Assembly (NCBI GenBank): GCA_963845515.1
Contig: CAWJSR010000052.1
Location: forward strand, 1-53,827
From: an uncultured delta proteobacterium
GTDB taxonomy: Bacteria; Myxococcota; Myxococcia; Myxococcales; Anaeromyxobacteraceae
DNA length: 53,827 nt
Direction: 5' to 3'
The notes beneath the pieces were generated by a model. That model was not told the origin of the DNA. It ran no database searches and saw nothing but the letters and a program-made list of their open reading frames with translations. This document shows positions 29,106 to 38,467 of the stretch, piece after piece. A program made the translations under genes and the position numbers. Position 1 is the stretch's first letter. Every line of letters starts with the position of its first letter.

Positions 29106-31007
29106 ATGAAAGCAACCTCGAGCCTCGCCCTACTCCTCGTCCTCGTCCCGGCCGGCCAGGCCTCTGCGGCCCCGCCGAAGGCGCCCGTGAGCCCGACGGC
29201 CACGGTGCGCCTCACCGTGGGGGCGCTCAACCCCGATCCGGCCTGCTGGGGCTGCCACGAGAAGGGCATCTCGCCCCAGCTCGCGCGCGCCGTCGTCCAC
29301 CTGCCCTTCAAGGGCGCCAGCGACTGCGGCGCGTGCCATCGGCCCCACGCGAAGGACGAGAAGCCGCAGCTCCTCGAGGGGCAGCCCGACCTCTGCCTCC
29401 GTTGCCACGGCGACGCGCGCTTCCGCGGGAAGCACGTCCACTCGATCATCGAGGGCGACGGCTGCACGGCGTGCCACAGGCCCCACTCCTCCGACAACGA
29501 GAAGCTGCTGAACGAGCCGCTGTCGTCGCTCTGCGATGGGTGCCACAGCGGACTGCAGGACAAGCACGGTGGGCTCCGGATCGAGGCGATCAAGTGCACG
29601 CAGTGTCATGACCCGCACTCGAGCCCCAGGGAGAAGCTGATCCGGCCGGTCGTCCACGAGGTGATGCCGGACTGCTCCACCTGCCACGCTCCCACCCGCC
29701 AGGACGCCTACGCACTCAACGACCGGACGCAGATGCTCTGCCTCCAGTGCCACGACGGGATCGACAAGGAGCTGAAGCGCAAGGCGGTGCACTGGATCGT
29801 CAAGGACAACATCTGCTGGGGCTGCCACTCGCCGCACGCCTCCGACCGGGCGAGCCTCCTCTTCGCCAGCGGCTCCGCGCTCTGCCTCGAGTGCCACTAC
29901 ACGATCGAGCAGAAGATCCTCACGTCCAAGGTGCCCCACCCGCCGGCCAGGAAGGGGCGCTGCGCCGACTGCCACCTCCACCACGCCTCCGACCAGGCGC
30001 AGCTCCTGACCCAGCCGCAGGGGCAGCTCTGCCTCGGCTGCCACAAGGCCGCCCAGGCGTGGATGACCCGGCGCTCGGCGCACGACCCGGTTCGCTCCGG
30101 CGACTGCACGTACTGCCACGACCCCCACGGCGGCGGTCCCAAGCTCCTCCTGAAGCAGGGGCCCGCCCTCTGCGCGGAGTGCCACGACGTCCAGGCGACC
30201 GAGGAGAAGAAGGGGAAGGGCGCCCACCCGCCGGTCGCGAAGGGCGAGTGCAGCACCTGCCACGTTCCCCACGGCTCGGACTTCGACGCGCTCCTCCCGG
30301 TCAAGCCCGAGAGCCTCTGCTCCCGCTGCCACGAGGGGATGTACGAGAAGCGAGCCGGCGCGAAGCTCCACAACCCCTTCGGCTCCCGCAACTGCGTCGC
30401 CTGCCACGGCGCTCACGGCGACCAGCCGCACCTCGTCAAGGCGGGCGATCCCTGCAACAAGTGCCACGCCGCGGCGGAGCGCGAGTGGGCGCGCGGCCGC
30501 TCGCGCCACGCCCCGGTCGCCGCCGGCAAGTGCGCGGAGTGCCACGAGCCCCACGGCAACACGACCAAGCACCTGACCCGCAAGGAGGGCGGCGAGCTCT
30601 GCCTCGGCTGCCACGAGCAGCTCGCGAAGCGGCTCCAGGCGAAGGGGGCCGTGCTCCACTCACCCGCCGAGAGCGGCGACTGCCTGGACTGCCACGATCC
30701 GCATGCCTCGAGGCAGGCGAACCTGGTCACGAAGCCGGGCCAGGCGCTCTGCGCCGACTGCCACGATCTCGCGGACCGGTCCTTCGCGCGCATCCACGCC
30801 ACGCAGGCGGTCCGGACGGGCGGCTGCACGAGCTGCCACGACCCCCACGCCGCAGCGCAGCCCAGGCTCTTCACGGTCGAGGGAGACGCGCTCTGCGACC
30901 GCTGCCACGACCGCGATCAGGCGGGCTGGAAGCGGATCCACAAGGAGCTGCGCGCCCTGCAGTCGCCGTGCGGCGAGTGCCACACCAGGGAGCACCGGAG
31001 CAAGTAG
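29106..31007 (+). CDS. Exported multiheme cytochrome c with 25 CxxCH motifs (paired-CXXCH repeats)
   Basis: Signal peptide; 25 CxxCH counted; repeating H-P...CxxCHxPH...LCxxCH unit. Confidence 0.93.
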   Translation: MKATSSLALLLVLVPAGQASAAPPKAPVSPTATVRLTVGALNPDPACWGCHEKGISPQLARAVVHLPFKGASDCGACHRPHAKDEKPQLLEGQPDLCLRCHGDARFRGKHVHSIIEGDGCTACHRPHSSDNEKLLNEPLSSLCDGCHSGLQDKHGGLRIEAIKCTQCHDPHSSPREKLIRPVVHEVMPDCSTCHAPTRQDAYALNDRTQMLCLQCHDGIDKELKRKAVHWIVKDNICWGCHSPHASDRASLLFASGSALCLECHYTIEQKILTSKVPHPPARKGRCADCHLHHASDQAQLLTQPQGQLCLGCHKAAQAWMTRRSAHDPVRSGDCTYCHDPHGGGPKLLLKQGPALCAECHDVQATEEKKGKGAHPPVAKGECSTCHVPHGSDFDALLPVKPESLCSRCHEGMYEKRAGAKLHNPFGSRNCVACHGAHGDQPHLVKAGDPCNKCHAAAEREWARGRSRHAPVAAGKCAECHEPHGNTTKHLTRKEGGELCLGCHEQLAKRLQAKGAVLHSPAESGDCLDCHDPHASRQANLVTKPGQALCADCHDLADRSFARIHATQAVRTGGCTSCHDPHAAAQPRLFTVEGDALCDRCHDRDQAGWKRIHKELRALQSPCGECHTREHRSK

Positions 31008-31013
31008 CGGCCC

Positions 31014-31931
31014 GTGCGCTTCGCGACCCTAGCCCCCGCCAAGGTCAACCTCGTCCTCCGCGTCGGCCCACTGCGCGCAGACGGCTTCCACGACCTCGAC
31101 AGCCTGATGGTGCCGCTCGATCTCGGCGACGAGATCGACGTGCGCGTCGGCGCCAGGGCGGGGCCGGTCTGCTGCCGCGTCCCGCGCCACCCCGAGCTCG
31201 ACGGGCCGGACAACCTCGCCGCGCGCGCGGCCGAGGAGTTCCGGCGGCGCTTCGGGATCGATCTGGCGATCTCGATCCGGATCGTGAAGCGCACCCCGGT
31301 CACCGCTGGGCTCGGCGGCGGCAGCTCCGACGCCGCGGCCGTCATCCGCTGCCTCGCCCGCGCCTTCGGGATCCGGGACGCCGGGGCCCTCGGGGCGATC
31401 GGCCTGGAGATCGGCTCCGACGTCCCGTTCTTCCTCGGCGCGGGGGCTGCCTGGGCAGCGGGGCGAGGCGAGCGTCTCACGCCCGCGGCGGTCCCTCCCC
31501 TCCACCTCGTCCTCGTCTACCCGACCGACCCCGCGCTGGCGATCCGTGCCGGCGACGCCTACCGGTGGCTCGACGCGACGCGACCGGATCCGGGCCGCGT
31601 GAGAATCCCGAGGCGCGCCAGGCTGTTCGAGCCCGCAGGCGCCGTGAACGACCTGGAGGGCCCGTGCCTCGCCCGGTTCTCCGCGCTCTCGACCCTCCGG
31701 GGTCGTCTGGTGAGCCAAGGCGCGAGCGTAGCTATGATGTCGGGCAGCGGTCCCACGGTCTTCGGCATCTTCGGGAGCCGGCGCGCGGCGAGAAGCGCCG
31801 CGGCGGCGCTCGAGCTGCAGGGGAGGGGCGAGATCAGGGTCTTCGCAGTGCGGACGGCGCAACGGCATCCGAGGGTGGCGTCATGGAGATCACCGAGGTC
31901 CGCGTCTTCCCCGTCAACGAGGAGAAGCTGA
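31014..31931 (+). CDS. ispE: 4-(cytidine 5'-diphospho)-2-C-methyl-D-erythritol kinase
   Basis: APAKVNL.L, DGFH, AGLGGGSSDAA, GSDVPFF, MSGSGPTVF. Confidence 0.95.
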   Translation: MRFATLAPAKVNLVLRVGPLRADGFHDLDSLMVPLDLGDEIDVRVGARAGPVCCRVPRHPELDGPDNLAARAAEEFRRRFGIDLAISIRIVKRTPVTAGLGGGSSDAAAVIRCLARAFGIRDAGALGAIGLEIGSDVPFFLGAGAAWAAGRGERLTPAAVPPLHLVLVYPTDPALAIRAGDAYRWLDATRPDPGRVRIPRRARLFEPAGAVNDLEGPCLARFSALSTLRGRLVSQGASVAMMSGSGPTVFGIFGSRRAARSAAAALELQGRGEIRVFAVRTAQRHPRVASWRSPRSASSPSTRRS

Positions 31932-32143
31932 AGGCCTACGTCACGATCACGCTGGACGGCTGCTTCGTCGTCCGCGACCTCAAGGTGATCCAGAGAGGGA
32001 CCGGCCTGTTCGTCGCGATGCCGGCGAAACGGCGCAAGGACGGCACCTTCAAGGACATCGCCCACCCGCTCAACCAGGAGACCCGCGACCGGATGGAGCG
32101 CATCATCCTGGCGGAGTACGAGCGCGGGCTGCACGCACCCTAA
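31883..32143 (+). CDS. spoVG: SpoVG family nucleic-acid-binding protein
   Basis: MEITEVRV...[21 protein letters not shown]...GLFVAMP...DG.FKDIAHP; overlaps the ispE 3' end. Confidence 0.93.
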   Translation: MEITEVRVFPVNEEKLKAYVTITLDGCFVVRDLKVIQRGTGLFVAMPAKRRKDGTFKDIAHPLNQETRDRMERIILAEYERGLHAP

Positions 32144-32189
32144 GGTCGCCATCGACGCCGCCGGGCGCCTCTGCTATGAGGCGCTGCGC

Positions 32190-33158
32190 ATGACCTATAC
32201 GAACGGCGGCCGGGGCGACTACCGAATCTTCAGCGGCAACTCGAACCGGGCGCTTGCAGAGGCCATCAGCAAGGAGCTCGGCAGGCCGCTGTCGAAGGCC
32301 GTGGTCAGCCGCTTCTCCGACGGCGAGATCCAGGTCGAGATCGGCGAGAGCGTCCGCGGGCTCGACGCGTTCATCGTCCAGTCCACCTGCTCGGACGCCA
32401 ACGTGAACCTGATGGAGCTGCTCATCATGATCGACGCGCTCAAGCGCGCGTCGGCAGGCTCCATCGTCGCGATCATGCCGTACTACGGCTACGCGCGGCA
32501 GGACCGGAAGGTCGCCTCCCGCTCCCCGATCAGCGCCAAGCTCGTCGCCGACCTGCTCGAGGCCGCCGGGGCCACCCGCGTCATGTCGATGGACATGCAC
32601 GCCGGCCAGATCCAGGGCTTCTTCAACATACCGTTCGACCACCTCTACGCGGCGCCCGTGCTGCTCGGCGACATGAAGGAGCGCTTCGGCGCCACCCCCG
32701 ACGAGATCGTCATCGTCTCGCCCGACGCCGGCGGCGTGGAGCGCGCCCGCGCCTACTCGAAGCGGCTCGGCACCACGCTCTGCATCGTCGACAAGCGGCG
32801 CCTGAAGGCCAACGTCGCCGAGGTCATGAACGTGATCGGCGACGTGCAGGGCAAGACCGCGATCCTCCTCGACGACATGGTCGACACGGCCGGCACCCTC
32901 ACCCAGGCCGCCAACGCCATCATGGACAAGGGGGCGAAGCGGGTCTTCGCCTACGCCTCGCACGCCGTCCTCTCCGGCCCGGCGGTCGAACGGATCACGA
33001 AGAGCCCCATCGAGGAGGTCGTCGTGAGCGACTCCATCCCGCTCTCCCCGGCGGCCGCAGGCTCGAGGAAGATCCGGGCCCTCTCGGTGGCGCCGCTCCT
33101 CGCCGAGGCGATCCGGCGGATCCACCAGGCCGACTCGCTCTCGACCCTGTTCGTCTGA
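32190..33158 (+). CDS. prs: Ribose-phosphate pyrophosphokinase
   Basis: [38 protein letters not shown]. Confidence 0.97.
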   Translation: MTYTNGGRGDYRIFSGNSNRALAEAISKELGRPLSKAVVSRFSDGEIQVEIGESVRGLDAFIVQSTCSDANVNLMELLIMIDALKRASAGSIVAIMPYYGYARQDRKVASRSPISAKLVADLLEAAGATRVMSMDMHAGQIQGFFNIPFDHLYAAPVLLGDMKERFGATPDEIVIVSPDAGGVERARAYSKRLGTTLCIVDKRRLKANVAEVMNVIGDVQGKTAILLDDMVDTAGTLTQAANAIMDKGAKRVFAYASHAVLSGPAVERITKSPIEEVVVSDSIPLSPAAAGSRKIRALSVAPLLAEAIRRIHQADSLSTLFV

Positions 33159-33207
33159 TCCGGGCCGTCCGGGGCTCCCGATCCGGCCTCCCTTCCGGGC
33201 GATCCCC

Positions 33208-33236
33208 TTGACCGAACCCGTTATTTGGACTAAACA
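33208..33236 (+). promoter_or_regulatory. Putative sigma70 promoter of rplY operon
   Basis: TTGACC-17nt-TAAACA; the -10 element is imperfect. Confidence 0.5.
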
Positions 33237-33250
33237 CCCGCGTTCTCACT

Positions 33251-33367
33251 GGTTCCGTGCAGTCGCGGAACCCCCAGACCACCCAGGGCCGGCAAACCTC
33301 ACGGAGGTCCGGCCCCCCGCCGCCAAGCGAGTGCGCTCGCAGCGCGGCGCGCCCATTGGGAGGAACC
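33251..33367 (+). ncRNA. Candidate structured 5' leader of rplY
   Basis: Three consecutive hairpins (33251-33272, 33286-33315, 33318-33349) directly before the RBS. Confidence 0.5.
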
Positions 33368-33368
33368 C

Positions 33369-34091
33369 ATGTCTCAGAGTGTACTGACCGCCGAGCGTCG
33401 CGACAGCAAGGGCAAGGGCCCGGCCCGACGGCTCCGTCAGAAGGGGCTCATCCCCGCCGTCGTCTATGGCCTCGACACCAAGCCGACCGCTCTCTCGGTC
33501 GACCCGAAGGTGTTGATGAATGCCATCGACACCCCTCACAAGTTCAACACCCTCCTGAACCTGAAGGTCGAGGGCGGCGACAAGTTCGTCCTCTTCAAGG
33601 ACTATCAGGTCGACCCGGTCTCCCGCCGGCTGCTCCACGCCGACTTCCTCGAGGTCAAGCTCGACCAGCCGGTCAAGGTCGAGGTCCCGGTCAAGATCAC
33701 CGGCATCTCGGTCGGCGTCCTCGAGGGCGGCATCCTCTCGATCCCGGCCCACGAGATCGTGGTCGAGGCCCTGCCTGAGAAGATCCCGCTCACGATCGAC
33801 GTCGACGTGACCGCCCTCAAGGTCGGCCAGTCGATCCACATCGCGGAGCTGAAGGCCCCCGAGGGCTGCAAGTTCAAGTTCGCCACCAACTACGTCGTCG
33901 CCTTCGTCGCCATCCCCGAGAAGGAAGAGGTCGTGGCTGCGGTCGCGGCCGTCGTCGGGGCAGAGGGCGCTGCTGGCGCGGCTCCCGCCGCTGGTGCGGC
34001 TCCGGCCGCGGGCGCGGCGCCGGCTGCCGGCGCTCCGGCTGCGAAGGGCGCGGCTCCTGCCGCGGCAGCCAAGGGCGACAAGAAGAAGTAG
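33369..34091 (+). CDS. rplY: 50S ribosomal protein bL25 (Ctc form)
   Basis: GKGPARRLR..GLIPAVVYG, Q.DPV....LHADF; AAPAAG-repeat tail. Confidence 0.96.
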   Translation: MSQSVLTAERRDSKGKGPARRLRQKGLIPAVVYGLDTKPTALSVDPKVLMNAIDTPHKFNTLLNLKVEGGDKFVLFKDYQVDPVSRRLLHADFLEVKLDQPVKVEVPVKITGISVGVLEGGILSIPAHEIVVEALPEKIPLTIDVDVTALKVGQSIHIAELKAPEGCKFKFATNYVVAFVAIPEKEEVVAAVAAVVGAEGAAGAAPAAGAAPAAGAAPAAGAPAAKGAAPAAAAKGDKKK

Positions 34092-34100
34092 GGTCGCTGC

Positions 34101-34682
34101 TTGAAGCTCGTCGTCGGCCTTGGGAACCCCGGCCCCGACTACGCGCGAACGCGCCACAACGTCGGCTACCTCGTGGCCGAAGCGTTCGCCCGTCAGGTCG
34201 GGGCCGAGTTCACCCTCCGCAAGTTCCAGAGCGAGCTCGCGGAGGGGAGGTCCGGTGCGGAAAGGGTCTGGATCATGAAGCCCCAGACCTGGATGAACCG
34301 CTCCGGAGAGGCCGTCGGCCCCGCGCTCCACTTCTGGAAGGTGGAGCTCGGCGATCTCGTGGTCGTCCACGACGACATCGAGCTCGAGCCGTACCGGATC
34401 CAGCTGAAGGTCGGCGGTGGCCACAGCGGCCACAACGGCTTGAAGAGCGTAAATGGTAACGTGGGGGGCGTCGACTACGCGCGGGTGCGCGTGGGCGTCG
34501 GCCGTCCACCCCCGATGATGGATCCCGCCGACTACGTGCTCGGCAGGTTCCCGAAGGGGGAGCAGGAGACGCTCGACGACTGCGTCGATCGGGCGGTCGA
34601 GGCGGTCCGGCTCGCGGTCGAGCTGGGCGCGGCCAAGGCGATGAACCAGGTGAACCGCCGGAAGCCGTCGGCGGAAGGGTAG
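34101..34682 (+). CDS. pth: Peptidyl-tRNA hydrolase
   Basis: [38 protein letters not shown]. Confidence 0.97.
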   Translation: MKLVVGLGNPGPDYARTRHNVGYLVAEAFARQVGAEFTLRKFQSELAEGRSGAERVWIMKPQTWMNRSGEAVGPALHFWKVELGDLVVVHDDIELEPYRIQLKVGGGHSGHNGLKSVNGNVGGVDYARVRVGVGRPPPMMDPADYVLGRFPKGEQETLDDCVDRAVEAVRLAVELGAAKAMNQVNRRKPSAEG

Positions 34683-34768
34683 GACGCCGCGATCGGCATG
34701 GTGCCGGTCCGGCGGAAGGTGACTCCTCGCGGCGGGCGAACCGCCGCTGTGAACCCGAGGGGAGAACG

Positions 34769-35221
34769 ATGATGGCGGAAGTGACGAAGAAGCTCGTGCG
34801 CGAGTACGAGACCGTCTACCTGCTCAAGCCGGAGACTCCGGACGACCAGGTGGAAGAGATCAAGGAGCGGCTCCGCGGCGTGGTCGGCCGCGAGGGCGGC
34901 AAGGTCATCCGGTTCACGAACCAGGGCAAGCGGCGGACCGCCTTCCCGGTCGCGAAGGACCAGAAGGCGCTCTACGTGCACTGCCTCTACCTGGGGCTCC
35001 CCGGGCTGGTGGCGGAGTTCGAGCGCAACCTCAGGATGATCGACGTGGTCACCAAGTTCCAGTCGGTGAAGCTGGGCGACGGCATCGACTTCGATTCCCG
35101 GCAGGTCGAGGCCGACGTGAAGGTCGCTCCGGTCGAAGAGGAGAAGCCCCGCGAGGAGCGCGCCTTCGGCGAGCGCGAGGAGCCCTTCGACGCAGAGGCC
35201 AGCGAAGGCGGGGAGGAGTAA
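34769..35221 (+). CDS. rpsF: 30S ribosomal protein bS6
   Basis: [28 protein letters not shown]; acidic tail; gene order. Confidence 0.93.
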   Translation: MMAEVTKKLVREYETVYLLKPETPDDQVEEIKERLRGVVGREGGKVIRFTNQGKRRTAFPVAKDQKALYVHCLYLGLPGLVAEFERNLRMIDVVTKFQSVKLGDGIDFDSRQVEADVKVAPVEEEKPREERAFGEREEPFDAEASEGGEE

Positions 35222-35224
35222 GCC

Positions 35225-35654
<430 letters not shown>

Positions 35655-35664
35655 GGGAGGCCAC

Positions 35665-36111
35665 ATGAAGCTCATCCTCCGTGAAGACGTGGAGAATCTC
35701 GGGCGCGGCGGCGACGTCGTCGACGTGAAGCCCGGCTACGGCCGCAACTTCCTGCTCCCCCGCGGGCTGGCCGTCTCCGCCAACCCCAGGAACATCCGCG
35801 AGATCGAGCACCAGAAGGCGGTCGCGACCGCCAAGGCCGTGAAGCTCAAGGCCAGCGCCGAGGCGATCGCCAAGCGGCTCAACGAGACTCCGGTGACGCT
35901 CAAGCGCAAGGTCGGAGAGCAGGACAAGCTGTTCGGCTCCGTCACCGCGCTCGACATCGCCGAGGCGCTCGCAGCCCGCGGCCTCGAGATCGATCGACGC
36001 TCGATCGACCTCGCCGACCCCATCAAGACGGTGGGCGACTTCGAGGTGGGCGTGAAGCTCCACCACGACGTCATCGGCAAGGCCAAGGTGAAGGTCGTCG
36101 CAGAGGCGTAG
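35665..36111 (+). CDS. rplI: 50S ribosomal protein bL9
   Basis: [35 protein letters not shown]. Confidence 0.97.
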   Translation: MKLILREDVENLGRGGDVVDVKPGYGRNFLLPRGLAVSANPRNIREIEHQKAVATAKAVKLKASAEAIAKRLNETPVTLKRKVGEQDKLFGSVTALDIAEALAARGLEIDRRSIDLADPIKTVGDFEVGVKLHHDVIGKAKVKVVAEA

Positions 36112-36144
36112 GCCTCCGGCTTCGCTCCTTCCCTGCTTCACCCG

Positions 36145-36176
36145 AGAGGGGTCGCGGCGCCTGCCGCGGCCCCTCT
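36145..36176. terminator. Hairpin between convergent genes, probable terminator
   Basis: 14-bp stem AGAGGGGTCGCGGC/GCCGCGGCCCCTCT with one G-U pair. Confidence 0.7.
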
Positions 36177-36194
36177 TCATTCGAGCGCGAATGC

Positions 36195-37601
36195 TCAGTG
36201 CGCGCCGCGCGCGAGGACCACCGCCGGGATCGTCTTGAGGCAGATCCAGAGGTCGCTCATCAACGACCACCCGTCGATGTAGGCCAGGTCCAGCTCCATC
36301 CACTGATCGAAGTCGATGTCGTTGCGCCCGCTGATCTGCCAGGTGCAGGTGATGCCGGGGCGCACGGAGAGCCTGCGCCGCTGCCAGCGCTCGTACTTCT
36401 GGACCTCCGACGGGATGGGCGGCCGCGGCCCGACGACGCTCATGTCGCCCACGAGCACGTTCCAGAACTGGGGGAACTCGTCGAGCGAGGCCTTCCGGAT
36501 GAAGCGGCCGACGCGCGTGACGCGCGGATCGTTGCTCATCTTGAAGACCGGCCCGCTCATCTCGTTCATGGCGCGCAGCGACTCCAGCCGCGACTCTGCG
36601 TCGGCGTACATCGACCGGAACTTGAGCATGACGAACGGCCGTCCGTTCAGCCCGACCCGCCGCTGCCTGAAGAAGATCGGGCCCCGGGAGTCGAGCTTGA
36701 TCGCGATCGCGACGGCGGCGAGCACCGGCGCGAGGAGCAGCAGCACGCAGGCGCTCACCGCGATGTCGAACGTCCGCTTGAGCGCGAGCGCGATGATGTC
36801 CGACGGCGTGCGCGTGAACGTCAGCATGGGCAGGCCGTCGAGGTCGGTGAGCAGCATCTTCGAGCGCCCGTAGCGCAGGATGTCGAGGGAGATGCGGACC
36901 GCCACCCCCTGCTCCTCGCAGAGGAGGATGGCCGACTCGACCGCCGGCAGCCGCGCGCGGGGGACGGCGAAGATCACCTCGTCGAGCACGTGCTCGTCGA
37001 GGATGCGGTCCAGGTTCGCCAGCGGCCCCAGGATCACGCAGTCGGCGAACTCGGGCTTCGCGTCGTCGGTGATGAAGCCGGCGAGGTTGAGCCCCCACTC
37101 CCGCCTGCCCGCGATGGTCGTGACGATCTCGCGGGCCAGCGCACCGCACCCGACGACCGCGTAGTTGCGCACCCGGAAGCCTCGCCGGCGCGCGGCCGTC
37201 ATCAACATGGTGGAGCCGACCCGGTTGAGCGCGAGCAGCGCCGCCGCCGTCGCGAAGTAGAGCCCCATCAGCAGCCGGGAGAACCCGTGCTCCTTCGCCG
37301 CGAAGACCACGAGCAGGAAGGTCACGGCGACCGTGCCGAGCGCGTTGAATGCCTTTCGAAGCTCCTCTTCTGCGGTAGGTCCTCCGTCCACGTAGACCTG
37401 GTGGAACCAGGCCGCACAGGTCCAGAGGAGGAGTGAGATGGCCAGCGGATGCAGAAGGTCCGCGGCGAGCGGGCCCGTCGGCGAGGCGTGGTTCGGGACG
37501 AGCGGATAGAGCAGGCACGCGATCGGCAGCGAAGCGGCGAGCGCGGCGAGGTCCAGCAGCCGAAGCAGCAGGCGCCTCGCGCGCCCGAGACTGTGGAGCA
37601 T
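36195..37601 (-). CDS. Polyprenyl-phosphate sugar phosphotransferase (WcaJ/WbaP/EpsZ-like)
   Basis: N-terminal TM helices; KRTFDI, GP.FF.Q.RVG, KFRSM, DPRVT..G.FIR..SLDE.PQ, GPRP, PGIT..WQ. Confidence 0.93.
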   Translation of the reverse strand: MLHSLGRARRLLLRLLDLAALAASLPIACLLYPLVPNHASPTGPLAADLLHPLAISLLLWTCAAWFHQVYVDGGPTAEEELRKAFNALGTVAVTFLLVVFAAKEHGFSRLLMGLYFATAAALLALNRVGSTMLMTAARRRGFRVRNYAVVGCGALAREIVTTIAGRREWGLNLAGFITDDAKPEFADCVILGPLANLDRILDEHVLDEVIFAVPRARLPAVESAILLCEEQGVAVRISLDILRYGRSKMLLTDLDGLPMLTFTRTPSDIIALALKRTFDIAVSACVLLLLAPVLAAVAIAIKLDSRGPIFFRQRRVGLNGRPFVMLKFRSMYADAESRLESLRAMNEMSGPVFKMSNDPRVTRVGRFIRKASLDEFPQFWNVLVGDMSVVGPRPPIPSEVQKYERWQRRRLSVRPGITCTWQISGRNDIDFDQWMELDLAYIDGWSLMSDLWICLKTIPAVVLARGAH

Positions 37602-37733
37602 GGCTCCCCCCCCGGGGAAGTGCACTGTTGCGGGCTTTACTGTTTGGACGGTGCGGCCAGCCGGTAGGGCCCTGTGGGGTTGACGCCCACTCTCGACTAC
37701 CTCTGCCGGCCGAACCCGCAACGTGAGCCATGA

Positions 37734-37763
37734 TCCAGGCACTCCCCGCAGGGAGTGCCTGGA
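37734..37763 (-). terminator. Perfect 13-bp hairpin downstream of the export gene
   Basis: TCCAGGCACTCCC-CGCA-GGGAGTGCCTGGA; no U-tract. Confidence 0.6.
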
Positions 37764-37776
37764 CGGTCCACGGGGG

Positions 37777-38376
37777 CTACTCGACGACCACCACGTCTCC
37801 AGCCTTCAGCGCGAAGGAGGCGGAGCGTCCCTCACCGCGGCTGAGCTTGTCGAAGCTGAAGCGGATCCGCGCAGGACGTCCGGGATCGTCGGCCCAGTGG
37901 CGGGAACGAAGCACGAAGATCCTGTCCTTGGAGGCGAAGGGCGTCATCCCACCCGCGCCAGCGAGCGCCTTGAGCACGCCCGAGCCGGGGTCGAGCTGGT
38001 AGATGCCGGGCCGGGTGACCTCCCCGACGACCGACACCTGGAGCGGGCGAACCTCCTCGAGCGTCACCGTCACCATCGGATTGACGACGTAATCCTTGAG
38101 CCGGATCTGGAGGCGTCGGGCGAGATCTGACGGCGGCACCCCTGCAGCGAGCACGTCATTGACGAACGGGATCGTGATCATCCCGTCTTCCCGAACCTTC
38201 GCACGCACCGACATCCCTTCCTGGCCCCAGACGCGGACCCCGATCACGTCGCCGGGGGCGATCACGCACTCACCCGCCTTCGCTGGAGGGAGGGTGTCCG
38301 CCCAGAAGTACGTCCCCGCTGAGGAGCAGCCCTGAACGGCCAGCGCGAGGGCCACGACCAGGACTCTGGATGCCAT
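37777..38376 (-). CDS. Short polysaccharide export (OPX/Wza-family) lipoprotein
   Basis: Lipobox-like VQGC; IAPGDVI, VREDG.IT.P, GEV..PG.Y, ALA.AGG, LK.GDVVVV; lacks a C-terminal barrel helix. Confidence 0.88.
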   Translation of the reverse strand: MASRVLVVALALAVQGCSSAGTYFWADTLPPAKAGECVIAPGDVIGVRVWGQEGMSVRAKVREDGMITIPFVNDVLAAGVPPSDLARRLQIRLKDYVVNPMVTVTLEEVRPLQVSVVGEVTRPGIYQLDPGSGVLKALAGAGGMTPFASKDRIFVLRSRHWADDPGRPARIRFSFDKLSRGEGRSASFALKAGDVVVVE

Positions 38377-38467
38377 GCTGACGAATCTTCGTCCCGAGCG
38401 CGCCTGCGGGGAAGGGGCAGCCCCGCGCGTGACGTGGCCAGGCGATGGCGCGTTGGGGCTGGGTGCC

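Noticed and set aside
33965..34070. 18-bp-period repeats at the rplY 3' end
   Set aside because: They encode an AAPAAG tail with synonymous variation, an ordinary low-complexity tail
37697..37707. GGCAGAGGTAG (minus strand) as an ops/JUMPstart element
   Set aside because: Does not match GGCGGTAG and no NusG/RfaH paralogue is nearby; kept only as part of the structured-leader finding
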